A DNA stretch of 64,000 nt. Origin: Squalus acanthias (Eukaryota). The notes under the pieces were generated by a model. It was not told the origin of the DNA, searched no databases, and worked only from the letters and a program-made list of their open reading frames with translations. Positions 25,065-36,705 of this stretch are shown in pieces. The stretch spans positions 148,926,001 through 148,990,000 of the forward strand of contig CM059431.1 in assembly GCA_030390025.1 (NCBI GenBank), in the 5' to 3' direction. Every line of letters begins with the position of its first letter. Positions within the stretch are counted from its first letter, which is position 1. The position numbers and the translations under genes were made by a program.

Positions 25065-27290
25065 TTAGGCCCAATTCTGTGCACCGCATTTTCGGAAGGA
25101 TGTCAAGGCCTTGGAGAGGGTGCAGAGGCGATTGACCAGAATGGTATCAGGGATGAGGGACTTCAATAATGTGGAGAGACTGGAGATGTTGGGATTGATC
25201 TCGTTAGAGCAGAGAAGGTTAACAGGAGATTTAATTGAGGCATTCAAAATCATAAAGGGTTTTGATGGAGTAAATACGGAGCAACTGTTTCCACTGGGGT
25301 GTCGGTAACCAGAGGACACAGATTTCAGATAATTGGTAAAAGAACCAGAGGAGTAGATGAAGAGTATTTTATTGATGCAGCGAATTGCTGTGATCTGGAA
25401 TGCAATGCCTGACAGGGCACTGGAAGCAGATTCAACAGTAACTTTCAAAAAGCGAATTGGATAAATACTTGAAGGGGAAAATTTTGCAGAGCGATGGGGA
25501 AAGGCAGAGGGGTGAGTGAGACTAATTGGATAGATCTTACAAAGAGCCGGCACAGGCACGGTGAGCTGAATGACCTCCTTCTGTGCTGTATCATTCTATG
25601 ATTCTAATAATCAGGAAAGATTGAACAGGCTGGGGTTCTTTCCTCAAGAAAAGAGAAGGCTGAGGTGTGACCTGATAGAGCTCTAAGTTTATGGAAGTGT
25701 TTGATGGGGTAGACGTAGAGAGGATGTTTCCACGTGTAGAACTAGGGGCCGTCAATATAAGATAGCCACTAATAAATCCAATAGGGAATTCAGGAGAAGC
25801 TTTTTCACCCACAGAGTGGTGAGAATGTACAGCATAAAATTCTCATCCTTGTTTTCAAATCACCTCCATGGCCTCACCCCTCCCTATATCTGTAACCTCC
25901 CAACAGCCCCTAAAAGCTTCGAGATCTCTGTGCTCCTCCAATCATAGCCTCTCGCGCATCCTCGATTTTAATCGCTCCACCATTGGCGGCCGTGCCTTCA
26001 GCTGCCTGGGCCCTAAGCTCTGGAATTCCCTCACTAACTCCTCTGCCTGTCTCTATTCTCCTTTAAGACGCCCCATAAAACCAACCTCTTTGACGAAGCT
26101 TTTGGTCACCTGTCCTAATATCTCCTTATGTGGTTCGGTCTCAAATTTTGTTTGATAATCGCTCCTGTGAGGTGCCTTGGGATGTTTTATTATGTTAAAG
26201 ATGCTGTAAAAAATGCAGTTTGTTATTGTATATAAAAAATAATATGTATTCATTCACGGGATATGGGCGTCGCTGGCAAGGCCAGCGTTTGTTGCCCATC
26301 CCTAGTTGCCCTTGAGAAGGTGGTGGTGAGTCGCCTTCTTGAACCGCTGAAGTCCGTGTGGTGAAGGTACTCCCACAGTGCTGTTAGAGAGGGAGTTCCA
26401 GGATTTTGACCCAGCGACGGTGAAGGAACGGCCGATATATTTCCAAGTCAGGATAGTTTGCGAGGGGAACTTGCTGGTGATGGTTCTCCCATGCATCTGA
26501 TGCCCTTGCCCTTCTAGGTGGTAGAGGTCACGGATTTCGGAGGTGCTGCCGAAGAAGCCTTGGCGATTGCTGCAGTGCATCTTGTAGATGTTACACACTG
26601 CAGCCACGGTACGCCGGTGGTGGAGGGGGTGAACGTTTAATGTGGTGGATGGGGTGCCAATCAAGCGGGCTGATTTGTCCTGGATGGTGTCGAGCTTCTT
26701 GAATGTTTTTGGAGCTGCACTCATCCAGGCAAGTGGAGAGTATTCCTGACTTGTGCCTCGTAGATAATGGAAATCTTTGGGGATACAGGAAGTGAGACAC
26801 TCGCTGCAGAATACCTAGCCTCTGACCTGCTCTTGTAGCCACAGTATTTATGTGGCTGGTCCAGTTAAGTTTCTTGTCAAATCTATGAAATTCTATGTCA
26901 TTTGGGAAGAGGCTAGGCCTATATTGCCTAGACTTTAGAAGAATGTGAGATGATGTCAGTGAGACGTATAAAATTCTTCATGTACTTGACAGGGTAGATG
27001 CTGGGAGGTTGTTTCACCTGGCTGGGGAGTCTAGAATTAGGGGTCATAGTCTGACATGTGAAATTTCTTTACTCAGAGGGTTCTGAGTCTTTGGAACTCT
27101 CTACCCCAGAGCGCTGTCGTTGAGTATATTCAAGACAGAGATCGATCGACTTTTTGATAGTAAGGGAACCAAGGGATACTGCGGGAAGGTGGATTTGAGG
27201 TTGAAGATCAGCCATGATCTTATTGAATGGCGCAGTGGGCTCGAAGGGCCGACTGGCCGATTCTTGCTCCTGTTTCTTATGTTCTTCCAT
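25065..27290. mobile_element. Cluster of LINE 3' fragments (CR1 +, L2 +, CR1/Jockey-group LINE - at ~26250-26880, CR1 +)
   Basis: ERVQRRLTRMVSG (CR1), TIGGRAFSCLGPKLWNSL (L2), LDTIQDKSARLI/HHRRTVAA (other LINE), CR1 tails at ~25600 and ~27285. Confidence 0.85.
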
Positions 27291-27349
27291 TAATACCAGA
27301 ATGGTCAGTCACGGTGAGGCAATGGTTAGATACAGATGTGATAAGAACA

Positions 27350-30300
27350 GTTTAAAGAGGTCCCTGACGGAAATATTCCCCCTTTAATAGGGGCCCCTGA
27401 GAGAGAGACTCCCTCTTTCAAAGGGGTCCCAGAAGGAGCCAACCCTTTCAAAGGGGTCCCTGACGGAGAGACTCCCTCTTTAAAAGGGGTCCCTGATGGA
27501 GAGACTCCCTCTTTAAACAGGGTCCCTGATGGAGAGACTCCCTCTTTAAAAGGGGTCGCTGATGGAGAGACTCCCTCTTTAAAAGGAGTCCCTGATGGAG
27601 AGACTCCCTCTTTAAAAGGGGTCGCTGATGGAGAGACTCCCTCTTTAAAAGGAGTCCCTGATGGAGAGGATCTCTAATTAAAAGGGGTCCCAGATGGAGA
27701 GACACCCTCTTTAAAAGGGGTCCCTGATGGAGAGATTCCCTCTTTAAAAGGGGTCCCTGAGGTAGAGACTCCCTCTTTAAAAGGGGTCCCTGAGGAGAGA
27801 CTCCCTCTTTAAAATGTGTCCCTGAGGGAGAGACTCCCTCTTTAAAAGGGGTCCCTGAGGAGAGACTCCATCTTTAAAAGGGGTCCCTGAGGAGAGACTC
27901 CCTCTTTAAAAGGGGTCCCTGACAGAGAGACACCCTCTTTAAAAGGGGTCCCTGACAGAGACACTCCCACTTTAAACAGGGTCCCCGACGGAGAGACTCC
28001 CTCTTTAAAAGGGGTCCCTGAAAGAGAGATTCCCTCTTTAAAAGGGGTCACTTACAGAGAGATTCCCTCTTTAAAAGGGGTTCCTGACAGAGAGATACCC
28101 TCTTCAAAAGGGGTCTCTGACGGTGAGACTCCCTCTTTAAAAGGAGTCCCTGATGGAGAGACTCCCTCTTTAAATTGAGTCCCTGATGGAGAGACTCCCT
28201 CTTTAAAAGGGGTCCGTGACAGAGAGATTCCCTCTTTAAAAGGGGTCTCTGACGGCGAGAGTCCCTCTTTAAAAGGGGTCCCTGACAGAGAGACTCCCTT
28301 TTTAAACAGGGTCCCCGACGGCGAGACTCCCTCTTTAAAAGGGGTTCCTGACAGAGAGACTCCCTCTTTAAACAGGGTCCCCGACGGAGAGACTCCCTCT
28401 TAAAAAAGGGGACCCTGGAAGAGAGATTCCCTCTTTAAAAGGATCACTGACAGAGAGATTCCCCCTTTAAAAGGGGTTCCTGACAGAGAGATTCCCTCTT
28501 CAAAAGGGGTCTCTGACGGAGAGACTCCCTCTTTAAAAGGGGTCCGTGACAGAGAGACTCCCTCTTTAAAAGGGGTCCCTGACGGAGAGACTCCCTCTTT
28601 AAAAGGTGTCCCTGAGGAGAGACTCCCTCTTTAAAAGGGGTCCCTGATGTAGAGACTCCCTCATTAAAAGGGGTCCCTGATGGAGGAACTACCTCTTTAA
28701 ACAGTGTCCCTGATGGAGAGACTCCCTCGTTAAAAGGCGGTCCATGATGGAGGAGCTACCTCTTCAAACAGTTTCCCTGATGGAGAGACTCCCTCGTTAA
28801 AAGGGGTTCCTGATGGAGAGACTCCCTCGTTAAAAGGGGTTCCTGATGGAGGAACTACCTCTTAAACATGTCCCTGATGGAGAGACTCCCTCTTTGAAAG
28901 GGATCCCTGACGGAGAGACTCCCTCTTTAAACAGTGTCCCTGATGGAGAGACCCCCTCTTCAAAAGGGGTCTCTGACGGAGAGACTCCCTCTTTAAAAGG
29001 GGTCCGTGACAGAGAGACTCCCTCTTTAAAAGGGGTCCCTGACGGAGAGACTCCCTCTTTAAAAGGTGTCCCTGAGGAGAGACTCCCTCTTTAAAAGGGG
29101 TCCCTGATGTAGAGACTCCCTCATTAAAAGGGGTCCCTGATGGAGGAACTACCTCTTTAAACAGTGTCCCTGATGGAGAGACTCCCTCGTTAAAAGGCGG
29201 TCCATGATGGAGGAGCTACCTCTTCAAACAGTGTCCCTGATGGAGAGACTCCCTCGTTAAAAGGGGTTCCTGATGGAGAGACTCCCTCGTTAAAAGGGGT
29301 TCCTGATGGAGGAACTACCTCTTAAACATGTCCCTGATGGAGAGACTCCCTCTTTGAAAGGGGTCCCTGACGGAGAGACTCCCTCTTTAAACAGTGTCCC
29401 TGATGGAGAGACTCCCTCGTTAAAAGGCGGTCCATAATGGAGGAACTACCTCTTTAAACAGTGTCCCTTTTGGAGAGACTCCCTCTTTAAAACGAGTCCC
29501 TGACGGAGAGACTCCCTCTTTAAAAGGGATCCCTGACGGAGAGACTCCCTCTTTAAACAGGGACCCTGATGGAGAGACTCCCATTTAACCAGGGACCCTG
29601 ACGGAGAGACTCCCTCTTTAAAAGGGGTCCCTGATTTTTTTTAAAATTCATTTATGAGATCAGGGCATCGCTGGCAATGCCAATATTTATTGCGCATTCC
29701 TAATTGCCCTTGAGAAGGTGGTGGTGAGCCGCCTTCTTGAAACGCTGCAGTCCGTGTGGTGATGGTACTCCCACAGTGCTGTTAGGTAGGGGTGTTCCAG
29801 GATGTTGACCCAGCGACGATGAAGGATCGGCGATATACTTCTAAGTCAGGATGGTGTGTGTCTTGGAGGGGAACTTGGAAGCGGTGTTGTTCCCATGCGC
29901 CTGCTGCCTTGTCCTTCTAGGTGGAAGTGGTCGTGGGTTTGGGAGGTGCTGCCGAAGAAGCCTTGGCGAGTTGCTGCAGTGCATCTTGTAGATGGTACAC
30001 ACTGCAGCCACGGTACGCCGGTGGTGGAGGGAGTGAATGGAATGTTTAAGGTGGTGGATGGGGTGCCAATCAAGCGGGCTGCTTTGTCCTGGATGGTATT
30101 GAGCTTCTTGAGGGAGAGACTCCCTCTTTAAAAGGGGTCCCTGACGGAGAGACTCCCTCTTTAAAAGGGGTCCCTGATGGAGAGACTCCCTCTTTAAAAG
30201 GGGTCCCTGATGGAGAGACTCTCTCTTTAAAAGGGGTTCCTGATGGAGAGACCCTCCCTTTAAAAGGGGTCCCGGATGGAGAGACTCCCTCTTTAAAAGG

Positions 30301-30420
30301 GGTCCCTGATGGAGACATTCTCTCTTTAAAAGGGGTCCCTGATGGAGAGACACCCTCTTTAAAAGGGGTCCCGGATGGAGAGACTCCCTCTTTAAAAGGG
30401 GTCCCTGATGGAGACATTCT
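27350..30420. repeat. 33-bp minisatellite array (interrupted by a LINE fragment and the Harbinger; resumes 34582-34670)
   Basis: Unit ggagagactccctctttaaaaggggtccctgat; 11-aa periodic pseudo-ORFs (HQGPLLKRESL). Confidence 0.95.
29640..30110 (-). mobile_element. CR1/Jockey-group LINE 3' fragment inside the satellite
   Basis: SLHHRRTVAAVCTIYKMHCSNSPRLL; T-run at ~29635 is the A-rich tail on the minus strand. Confidence 0.85.
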
Positions 30421-30778
30421 GGGGTAAAAATTAGGTTGCGCCCCATTTGGGGCGCAAATATCGTCTGGACGCAAATATTAGCGCCTGGCGCTAATTATCG
30501 GCACTGACTGGAAACTTCACTTTTACCGCCCGGGAGGTGAGTGGAGCGCTAAATCAGGCGCTGCACACCTGTCTTAAGGCGCAAAGGCCAAGGAGTGAGG
30601 CGCTAACTCAGCGCGCGAGCGCAGCGCAGCTGCTGCCAGTTAGCGAGGGAACACAGACACACTGGCGCCGGCCACTTCTTAAAGCGGTGGGGGCCATCTT
30701 GCTCCCCAGCCACAACCTGCTCATTGCAGCCTTGAATCTCGGCCTGGAGAGACCTGTGAATCCATTTTGCTGCCAAGC

Positions 30779-32607
30779 ATGGAGAGGGTGAGAGAACGCG
30801 CTCATCGCTTCACCGAGCGGGCCTTGGATGCTCTGGTTGGCGCGGTGGAGCGCAGAAGATGTATGCTCTTCCCTGAGAGTGGCAGGAGGCCTTTGCCACG
30901 CGAGTTCAGAAGAGTGTGGAGGGAGGTGGCTCAGAGCGTCTCCTCCAGGAGCATGGTGCCCAGGACCCATACTCAATGCCGCAAAAAGTTCAACGACCTC
31001 ACTCGGGTCGTCAGGGTGAGTGGCTTTTTCTCAATACCTCTCCATCCCTCCATCTCAACCTCACTCTATGGCCAGAGGGTCTTAAAACCCCAATGCACAA
31101 CACTCATCCAACACCTATGGCCCTTTCATCAAACACACACACACATTCCACACTTTGCATACAGTAAGGGCTATTCACCTATGGGAGGCACATCAGGCAA
31201 GACCATGGCTGTATACAGTAAGGGCTATTCACCTATGGGAGGCACATCAGGCAAGACCATGGCTGTATATTTACTCAGATGCTGTCCTTTTTCTTACAGG
31301 CCAAGCTGGCGCATAATCGGAGACAGCAGCAACGGACAGGTGGAGGGCGGCCTCAGCTGCAACCCCTCAGCGATCTTGAGGAGCACGTCCACAGGATTGT
31401 GGCAAGCCGGGTGATCGGTCCCGTCGCCACTGGAGACGCCGACCCCGTTCTGGACAGCAATGGTAAGGTCATCACCTTTTTGTCCTCTGTCCTTCCACTT
31501 GTCCCTCACAACACCAGCCTTTGACACTTTCAATCCAACTTGCTAACTCGCTGCACTTATTCCTCCCTTACTGCCACCCTGTCCTCACGCTAAAGCCACT
31601 CTTGTACCTCCCTGCTTTCAGATGGTGATTCACCAGCTGAGGAGACGGGCCCTGAAGCTGCCACTGGGAGTGATGCTGCAGCTGAGGAGGAAGAGGAAGC
31701 CGGAGCATCAGTGCCACCCTCTCCCGAGGAAGCCCATGCCCACACTGGGAACACGCCTTCCCTGGAGGGGAGCAGGGGGGAAGGGTCTGATGAGGGTGAA
31801 GCTCCAGGACCCAGCGGGCTGCAGCAACGCCATGGGGCGGGGGGGGGTAGGGAAGAACGGGGGCCTTCTCCCCAGAGGGAGAGTATGCCAGACACTCCTA
31901 CTGCAATGGACGCAGAGGAGGAGCGGCTGATCGCAGAAATGAACACCCAGGCGGTGGGCATGCACACTGAGCTCATGGGTGCAGTGGGAAGGGTGCCCGA
32001 ATGCATTGAGTCACTGGCAAGGAGTGTGGAGCACTTCGCTGTAGCACAGGCGGATGCCACACTAACGCTTAGTGCTGCAATTCAGTCACTGGCTGCCGTG
32101 ATCCCATCTCTGACTGCTCTCATACAGACTCAGATTGAGGCCACGCGAGCACAGACTGCTGCCAACCTCGATGGTTCGTGCACATGTCCCCGGGGCTGTC
32201 ACCGCGCCGCAACAGGCCAGCAATCTGTTCTCCGGCAGATTGCTCCGGATGCTGAAGTGCTGCCCCGTGGGAGTGCCAGTGTGTCGGGCGAGCAGGGAGT
32301 TGCTGTCCTCTCTCACGATGACAGCATTCCTGCTGCCAACACTGTCACTTCTCCACTGCACTTGCCACCGCCTGTAGGACAGACTGCTGCCGCCCATGCA
32401 GAGTTGGTGCAGTCTGCAGCCGGGCACTCCAGGCCCAGAACTGGTCGAGGCCGTCCTTCAGGGGCATCTGCAGTGTCAGGGTCTGACGAGCAGCAGCCTT
32501 CCACCAGCCTTGCTGCAGCCACTGAGGTCCCATTACGGAGGAGCAGTAGGGTTAGAAGGGGGGAAGTGTGCAAGGGAAGGAGATCACCCTCGAAGGGCAA
32601 AAAGTAG
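30779..32607 (+). CDS. Harbinger Myb/SANT-like (trihelix) DNA-binding protein, 3 exons (30779-31015, 31300-31462, 31622-32607), ~461 aa
   Basis: RFTERALDALV...WREVAQSVS...RTHTQCRKKFNDL |gtgagt; tacag| AKLAHNRRQQQRTGGG... |gtaagg; ttcag| joins in frame with ORF 31711-32607. Confidence 0.85.
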
Positions 32608-32901
32608 GAGGTGTGACAAAATGCTGGTCATTTTTTTATTAAAGGTCGAGGTTCATGGTCCAACTTTTGTTTAGTGTTTTGGACATTATCTCCAGGTTGT
32701 GAGAACCAGTTATGTTATTGACTGTTTTTTTGTGTTTATTTCTATGAGTTTGTCATGAGGAATTGACACACACAGAGTTTGTAAAATAAATAAGTTTCTG
32801 TATTCAAAATATACATGGTTGGTGGTTGGAATTATTGGTGCCTTGGCCGGCTTAGGGGTTGCGTGCTGGGTTCATTAATGTTGTTAGCAATGGCAGGGGC
32901 C

Positions 32902-34068
32902 CTAGAAGCGGCTTGCTATTAGCCGTTGACGGACGGCCCTTGCAGTTTGACCATTGTGGGCCGCCCTCCCGCCTTGGTGCTGCTGATGATCATCGTCCTC
33001 GTCCTCTTCCTCCTCTTCCTCCTCCTCCTCTGGTGGTGCTCCAAGGCCTGGTGGCATTGGCTGGGTCCTGAGGATTGCCATGTTATGCAACATGCAGCAC
33101 ACGACTACGAAGTTCGATACTCGCTCAGGCGAGTACTGCAGGGCTCCTCCAGAATGGTCCAGACAGCGGAACCGTTGCTTCAGCACGCCGATTGTGCGCT
33201 CAATTACGTTCCTGGTAGCTTGATGGCTCTGATTGTACCGCAGCTCAGCAGGGGTGTTGGGCGTACGGAGCGGTGTCATCAGCCAGGTGCTCAATGCATA
33301 CCCCTTGTCCCCGAGAAGCCAACCAACTGGCTGATGCGGTGCCTCGAAAAGTTCTGCCACAGTAGTCTGGCGCAGGATAAAAGCATCGTGGCAGCTGCCA
33401 GGATACTGGGCATTGACAGCGAGTATCAGCTGTCTGTGGTCACAGACCAACTGGACATTCAAGGAATGGAACCCCTTTCTGTTCCTGAATTCCTCGGCAT
33501 TCTCATGCGGAGCACGCAAAGCCACATGCGTGCAGTCAATGGCGCCCTGCACCATGGGGAAGCCCGCTACCGCTACCCTCGCAAAGCCCAGAGCGTGGTC
33601 ACGCTGCTTGTCTGGGGTCATGGGGAAAGAGATGAACTCTCGTCTCCTTTTAAAGAGGGCATTTGTGACCTGCCGGATGCAGCAATGCACCGCGAACTGG
33701 GAGATATTGGCGAGGTCCCCAGCAGCAGCTTGAAATGAGCCAGTAGCGTAAAAGTTCAAAGCCACTGTGACCTTCACTGCCACCGACAGAGACGTCCTGG
33801 ACCTCAGTTGAGGCTGCAGATCTGGCTGCAGCAGGTGGCAGAGCTCAGTGACCACCTCCTTGCTGAATCGCAGCCTTCGCAAACACAGCTCCTCGGACAT
33901 ATGGATGTAGGAGAGCTGTTCACGATATACCCTGGGAGGGTAAGCTCTCCTGTACATACGCCTGATGGCCCTCCTCCGTCTGGCCATCATTGCCACTCTC
34001 TCTCTGCGTCTCTGTATCCTCCGATTCAGCTGGAGCAGGACGACGCCCCCAATCAGTGCAGCCCCCAT
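32902..34068 (-). CDS. Harbinger DDE transposase (HARBI1-like), ~388 aa, uninterrupted
   Basis: GAIDCTH, NRKGFHSLNVQLVCD, YPGSCHDAFIL, LLGDKGY, RNVIERTIGVLKQRFRCL, CCMLHN; first ATG at 34068. Confidence 0.95.
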   Translation of the reverse strand: MGAALIGGVVLLQLNRRIQRRRERVAMMARRRRAIRRMYRRAYPPRVYREQLSYIHMSEELCLRRLRFSKEVVTELCHLLQPDLQPQLRSRTSLSVAVKVTVALNFYATGSFQAAAGDLANISQFAVHCCIRQVTNALFKRRREFISFPMTPDKQRDHALGFARVAVAGFPMVQGAIDCTHVALRAPHENAEEFRNRKGFHSLNVQLVCDHRQLILAVNAQYPGSCHDAFILRQTTVAELFEAPHQPVGWLLGDKGYALSTWLMTPLRTPNTPAELRYNQSHQATRNVIERTIGVLKQRFRCLDHSGGALQYSPERVSNFVVVCCMLHNMAILRTQPMPPGLGAPPEEEEEEEEEDEDDDHQQHQGGRAAHNGQTARAVRQRLIASRF

Positions 34069-34740
34069 ATTCTCTTTGCAAGCAAAGTAATGAAGGACAG
34101 CAACTAAAGTAGCAGCGAAGTTAGGATCAATAGGCAAAACTACCTCACAAAGCGTTGAGTCAATGTAGAAGTCTCTCTTTCTCTCTCTCCGAATCTCTCT
34201 CTCTCTCTCAGAACGAGTGGTGCAAAAATGTCGACCACAGAAAAAGACAGGAAGAGGCCCCCTTTAAATAGCGCCCCCCCCCCAGCCCCACAGCGATTGA
34301 TAGCGTTCCAGTCTTCCGGTCGTTGGAAGCGCCAGGTGGTAAGGCAGGGGGCGCCACTCAATTTCCGCTCCGGGGCGCCACAAGGGCGTTGCACCATGGA
34401 ATGACGTCACAATCTGCGCGCGCCGGTGGTCGCAGTGGTAAGTTTTAGCGCCGCCGCACAATCTCTAGTTAAGTTCCCGAGCGGCGCAAACATCGCTGCG
34501 CCCGGGCGTTAGCGGCTTTGCGCCCCATTAGCGCCCTCTTAAGGCGCTAACGGGAGGCGCAACCAACTGAATTTTTACCCCTCTCTCTTTAAAAGGTGTC
34601 CCTGAGGGAGAGACTCCCTCTTTAAAAGGGGTCCCTGATGGAGAGACTCCCTCTTTAAAAGGGGTCGCTGAGTTTTTCAGATCTGGAACGAGTGGCTGAA
34701 TGTGTGAGGTGTGGTGTAAGTTAAGATGGCGGTCTCTTAC

Positions 34741-34804
34741 CGTAACGCATTCGCCGCTGCCACTATCCTCTGTCTCACCTCAGGAGATTGTTTGACTTTA
34801 TCCA
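34741..34804 (-). CDS. ABCG-like 64-nt exon just after the NPADF motif (not in ORF track)
   Basis: ctcctttctttag| TG DKVKQSPEVRQRIVAAANAL CG |gtaaga; strong splice sites; phase 2 matches the exon at 24950. Confidence 0.7.
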
Positions 34805-34929
34805 CTAAAGAAAGGAGAGACAGGTTAGTGTAGAAATCCTTTCCCTCAAACTGCAGTCTGGAGAATGTGTGGGGACACCGTCAATATTGTGCTCCATTCT
34901 GCTCTGTACCTCGCTTTGGCTAATTTTCC

Positions 34930-36280
34930 CGCTCTCCTGGACTCCAGACTCGACGATTCCAACGTTCTCCTGGCCGGCCTCCCAGCCTCCACCCTCCATA
35001 ACCTTCAGCTCATCCGAAATTCCTGCCCGCCCCGTATCCCAACTCATCACAGCCCCTGTGTTCACTAACCTATATTGGCTCCTGGTTCAGCAAAGCTTTT
35101 ATTTTAAAATTCCCTATCCTCGTGTTGAATTCCCTGCATAGCTTCACCCCACCCATCCTATCTCTGTAACCCCCTCCCGCCCTACACCCCTCCCTATCTC
35201 TGTAACCTCTTCCAGCCCTAGAACCCTCCCTATCTCTGTAACCTCCTCCAGCCCGACAACCCTCCCTATCTCTGTAAACTCCTCCAGCCCCTACAACCCT
35301 CCCTGTCTCTGTAACCTCCTCCAGTCACTACAACCCTCCCTATCTCTGTAACCTCCGCCAGCCCTACAACCCTCCCTATCTCTGTAACCTCCTCCAGTCA
35401 CTACAACCCTCCCTATCTCTGTAACCTCCTCCAGTCACTACAACTCTCCCTATATCTGTAACGTCCTACAGCCCGACAACCCTCCCTATCTCTGTAACCT
35501 CCTCCAGCCCTACACCGCTCCCTATTTCTGTAACCGCCACCAGCCCTACACCCCTCCCTATCTCTGTAACCTCCTCCAGCACCTCCAAACCTCCCTATCT
35601 CTGTAACCTCCTCCAGCCCTACAACTCTTCCTATCTCTGTAACCTCCTCCAGCCCTACAAAACACCGTATCTCTGTAACCTCCTCCAGCCCCTACAAATC
35701 TGCCTATCTCTGTAACCTCCTCCACACCTACAACCCTCCCTATCTCTGTAACCTCTTCCAGCCCCTACAACTCTACCTATCTCTGTAACCTCCTCCAGCC
35801 CCTACAACCCACCCTATCTCTATAACCTCCTCCAGCCCCTACAACCCTCGCTATGCCTGTAAACTCCACCAGCCCTACAACCCTCCCTATCTCTGTAACC
35901 TCCTCCAGGCACTACAACCCTCCCTATCTCTGTAACCTCCGCCAGCCCTACAACCCTCCCTATCTCTGTAACCTCCTCCAGTCACTACAACCCTCCCTAT
36001 CACTGTAACCTCCTCCAGCCCTTGGAACCCTCCCTATGTCTGTAACCTCCTCCAGCCCTACAACCCTCCCTATCTCTGTAACCTCCTCCAGCCCTACAAC
36101 CCTCCCTATCTCTGTAAACTCCCCCAGGCCCTACAACCCTCCCTATGTCTGTAAACTCCTCCAGCCCTACAACCCTCCCTATCTCTGTAACCTCCTCCAG
36201 CCACGACAACCCTCCCTATCTCTGTAAACTGCTCCAGCCCTACAACCCTCCCTATGTCTGTAAACTCCTCCAGCCCCTAC
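34930..36280 (+). repeat. L2 fragment running into a 36-37-bp L2-derived minisatellite (~35155-36280)
   Basis: SRLDDSNVLLAGLP (L2) followed by ~30 units of cctccctatctctgtaacctcctccagccctacaac; a single copy of this motif lies in the L2 at ~23092-23128. Confidence 0.9.
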
Positions 36281-36705
36281 ATAAGAACATAGGAAATAGG
36301 AGCTGGAAAAAACCACTTGGCCCCTCGAGCCTGCTCCACCATTCAATAAGATCATGGCTGATCTTGGGCTCAAAGCCACTTCCCTGCCCGTTCCCCATAA
36401 CCCTTCAGTCCCTTATCTTGCAAAAATTTGTCTATCTCCACTTTAAATGTACTTAATGGCCCAGCCTCCACGGCTCTCTGGGGCAGAGAATTCCACACAT
36501 TTACAACCCTCTGAGAGAAGAAATTCCTCCTCATCTCAGTTCTAAAAGGGCGACCCTTTATTCTGAGACTGTGCCCCCGAATTCTAGATTTTCCCATGAG
36601 GGGAAACATCCTCTCTGCATCTACCCTGTCCAGCACCCTCAGTATCTTACATGTTTCGATAAGATCACCTCTCATTCTTCTCAATTCCAATGAGTATAGG
36701 CCCGT
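36280..36705 (-). mobile_element. CR1-type LINE 3' fragment
   Basis: RRMRGDLIETCKIL...NFFSQRVVNVWNSLP; tail at ~36280. Confidence 0.9.

Larger units (their letters stand above)
30421..34581. mobile_element. Autonomous PIF/Harbinger DNA transposon, 4161 bp
   Basis: 12-bp TIR ggggtaaaaatt / aatttttacccc; TSD TCT (30418-20, 34582-84); removal restores the satellite unit gagacattctctctttaaaa; two convergent genes. Confidence 0.95.
13108..34804 (-). pseudogene. ABCG-family half-transporter, C-terminal seven exons (linker plus ABC2 membrane domain); probable partial or pseudogene copy
   Basis: Exons 34804-34741, 24950-24826, 21481-~21272, 19879-19822, 19548-19334, 14568-14360 and 13312-13108 have compatible phases and GT/AG ends except the missing donor at ~21272; motifs W.SSFWTQY.TL..RNF, FPVER.II..ER, Y.LSAYYLAK..SEL, LLLGGF. 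Confidence 0.8.

Noticed and set aside
30767..31414. 215-aa single-exon reading of the Myb-like ORF
   Set aside because: It reads through an intron; splicing at 31015/31300 restores the conserved downstream RTGGG motif
32902..34137. Domesticated host gene HARBI1
   Set aside because: It lies inside TIRs with a TSD and a Myb-like partner, so it is a transposon-borne transposase
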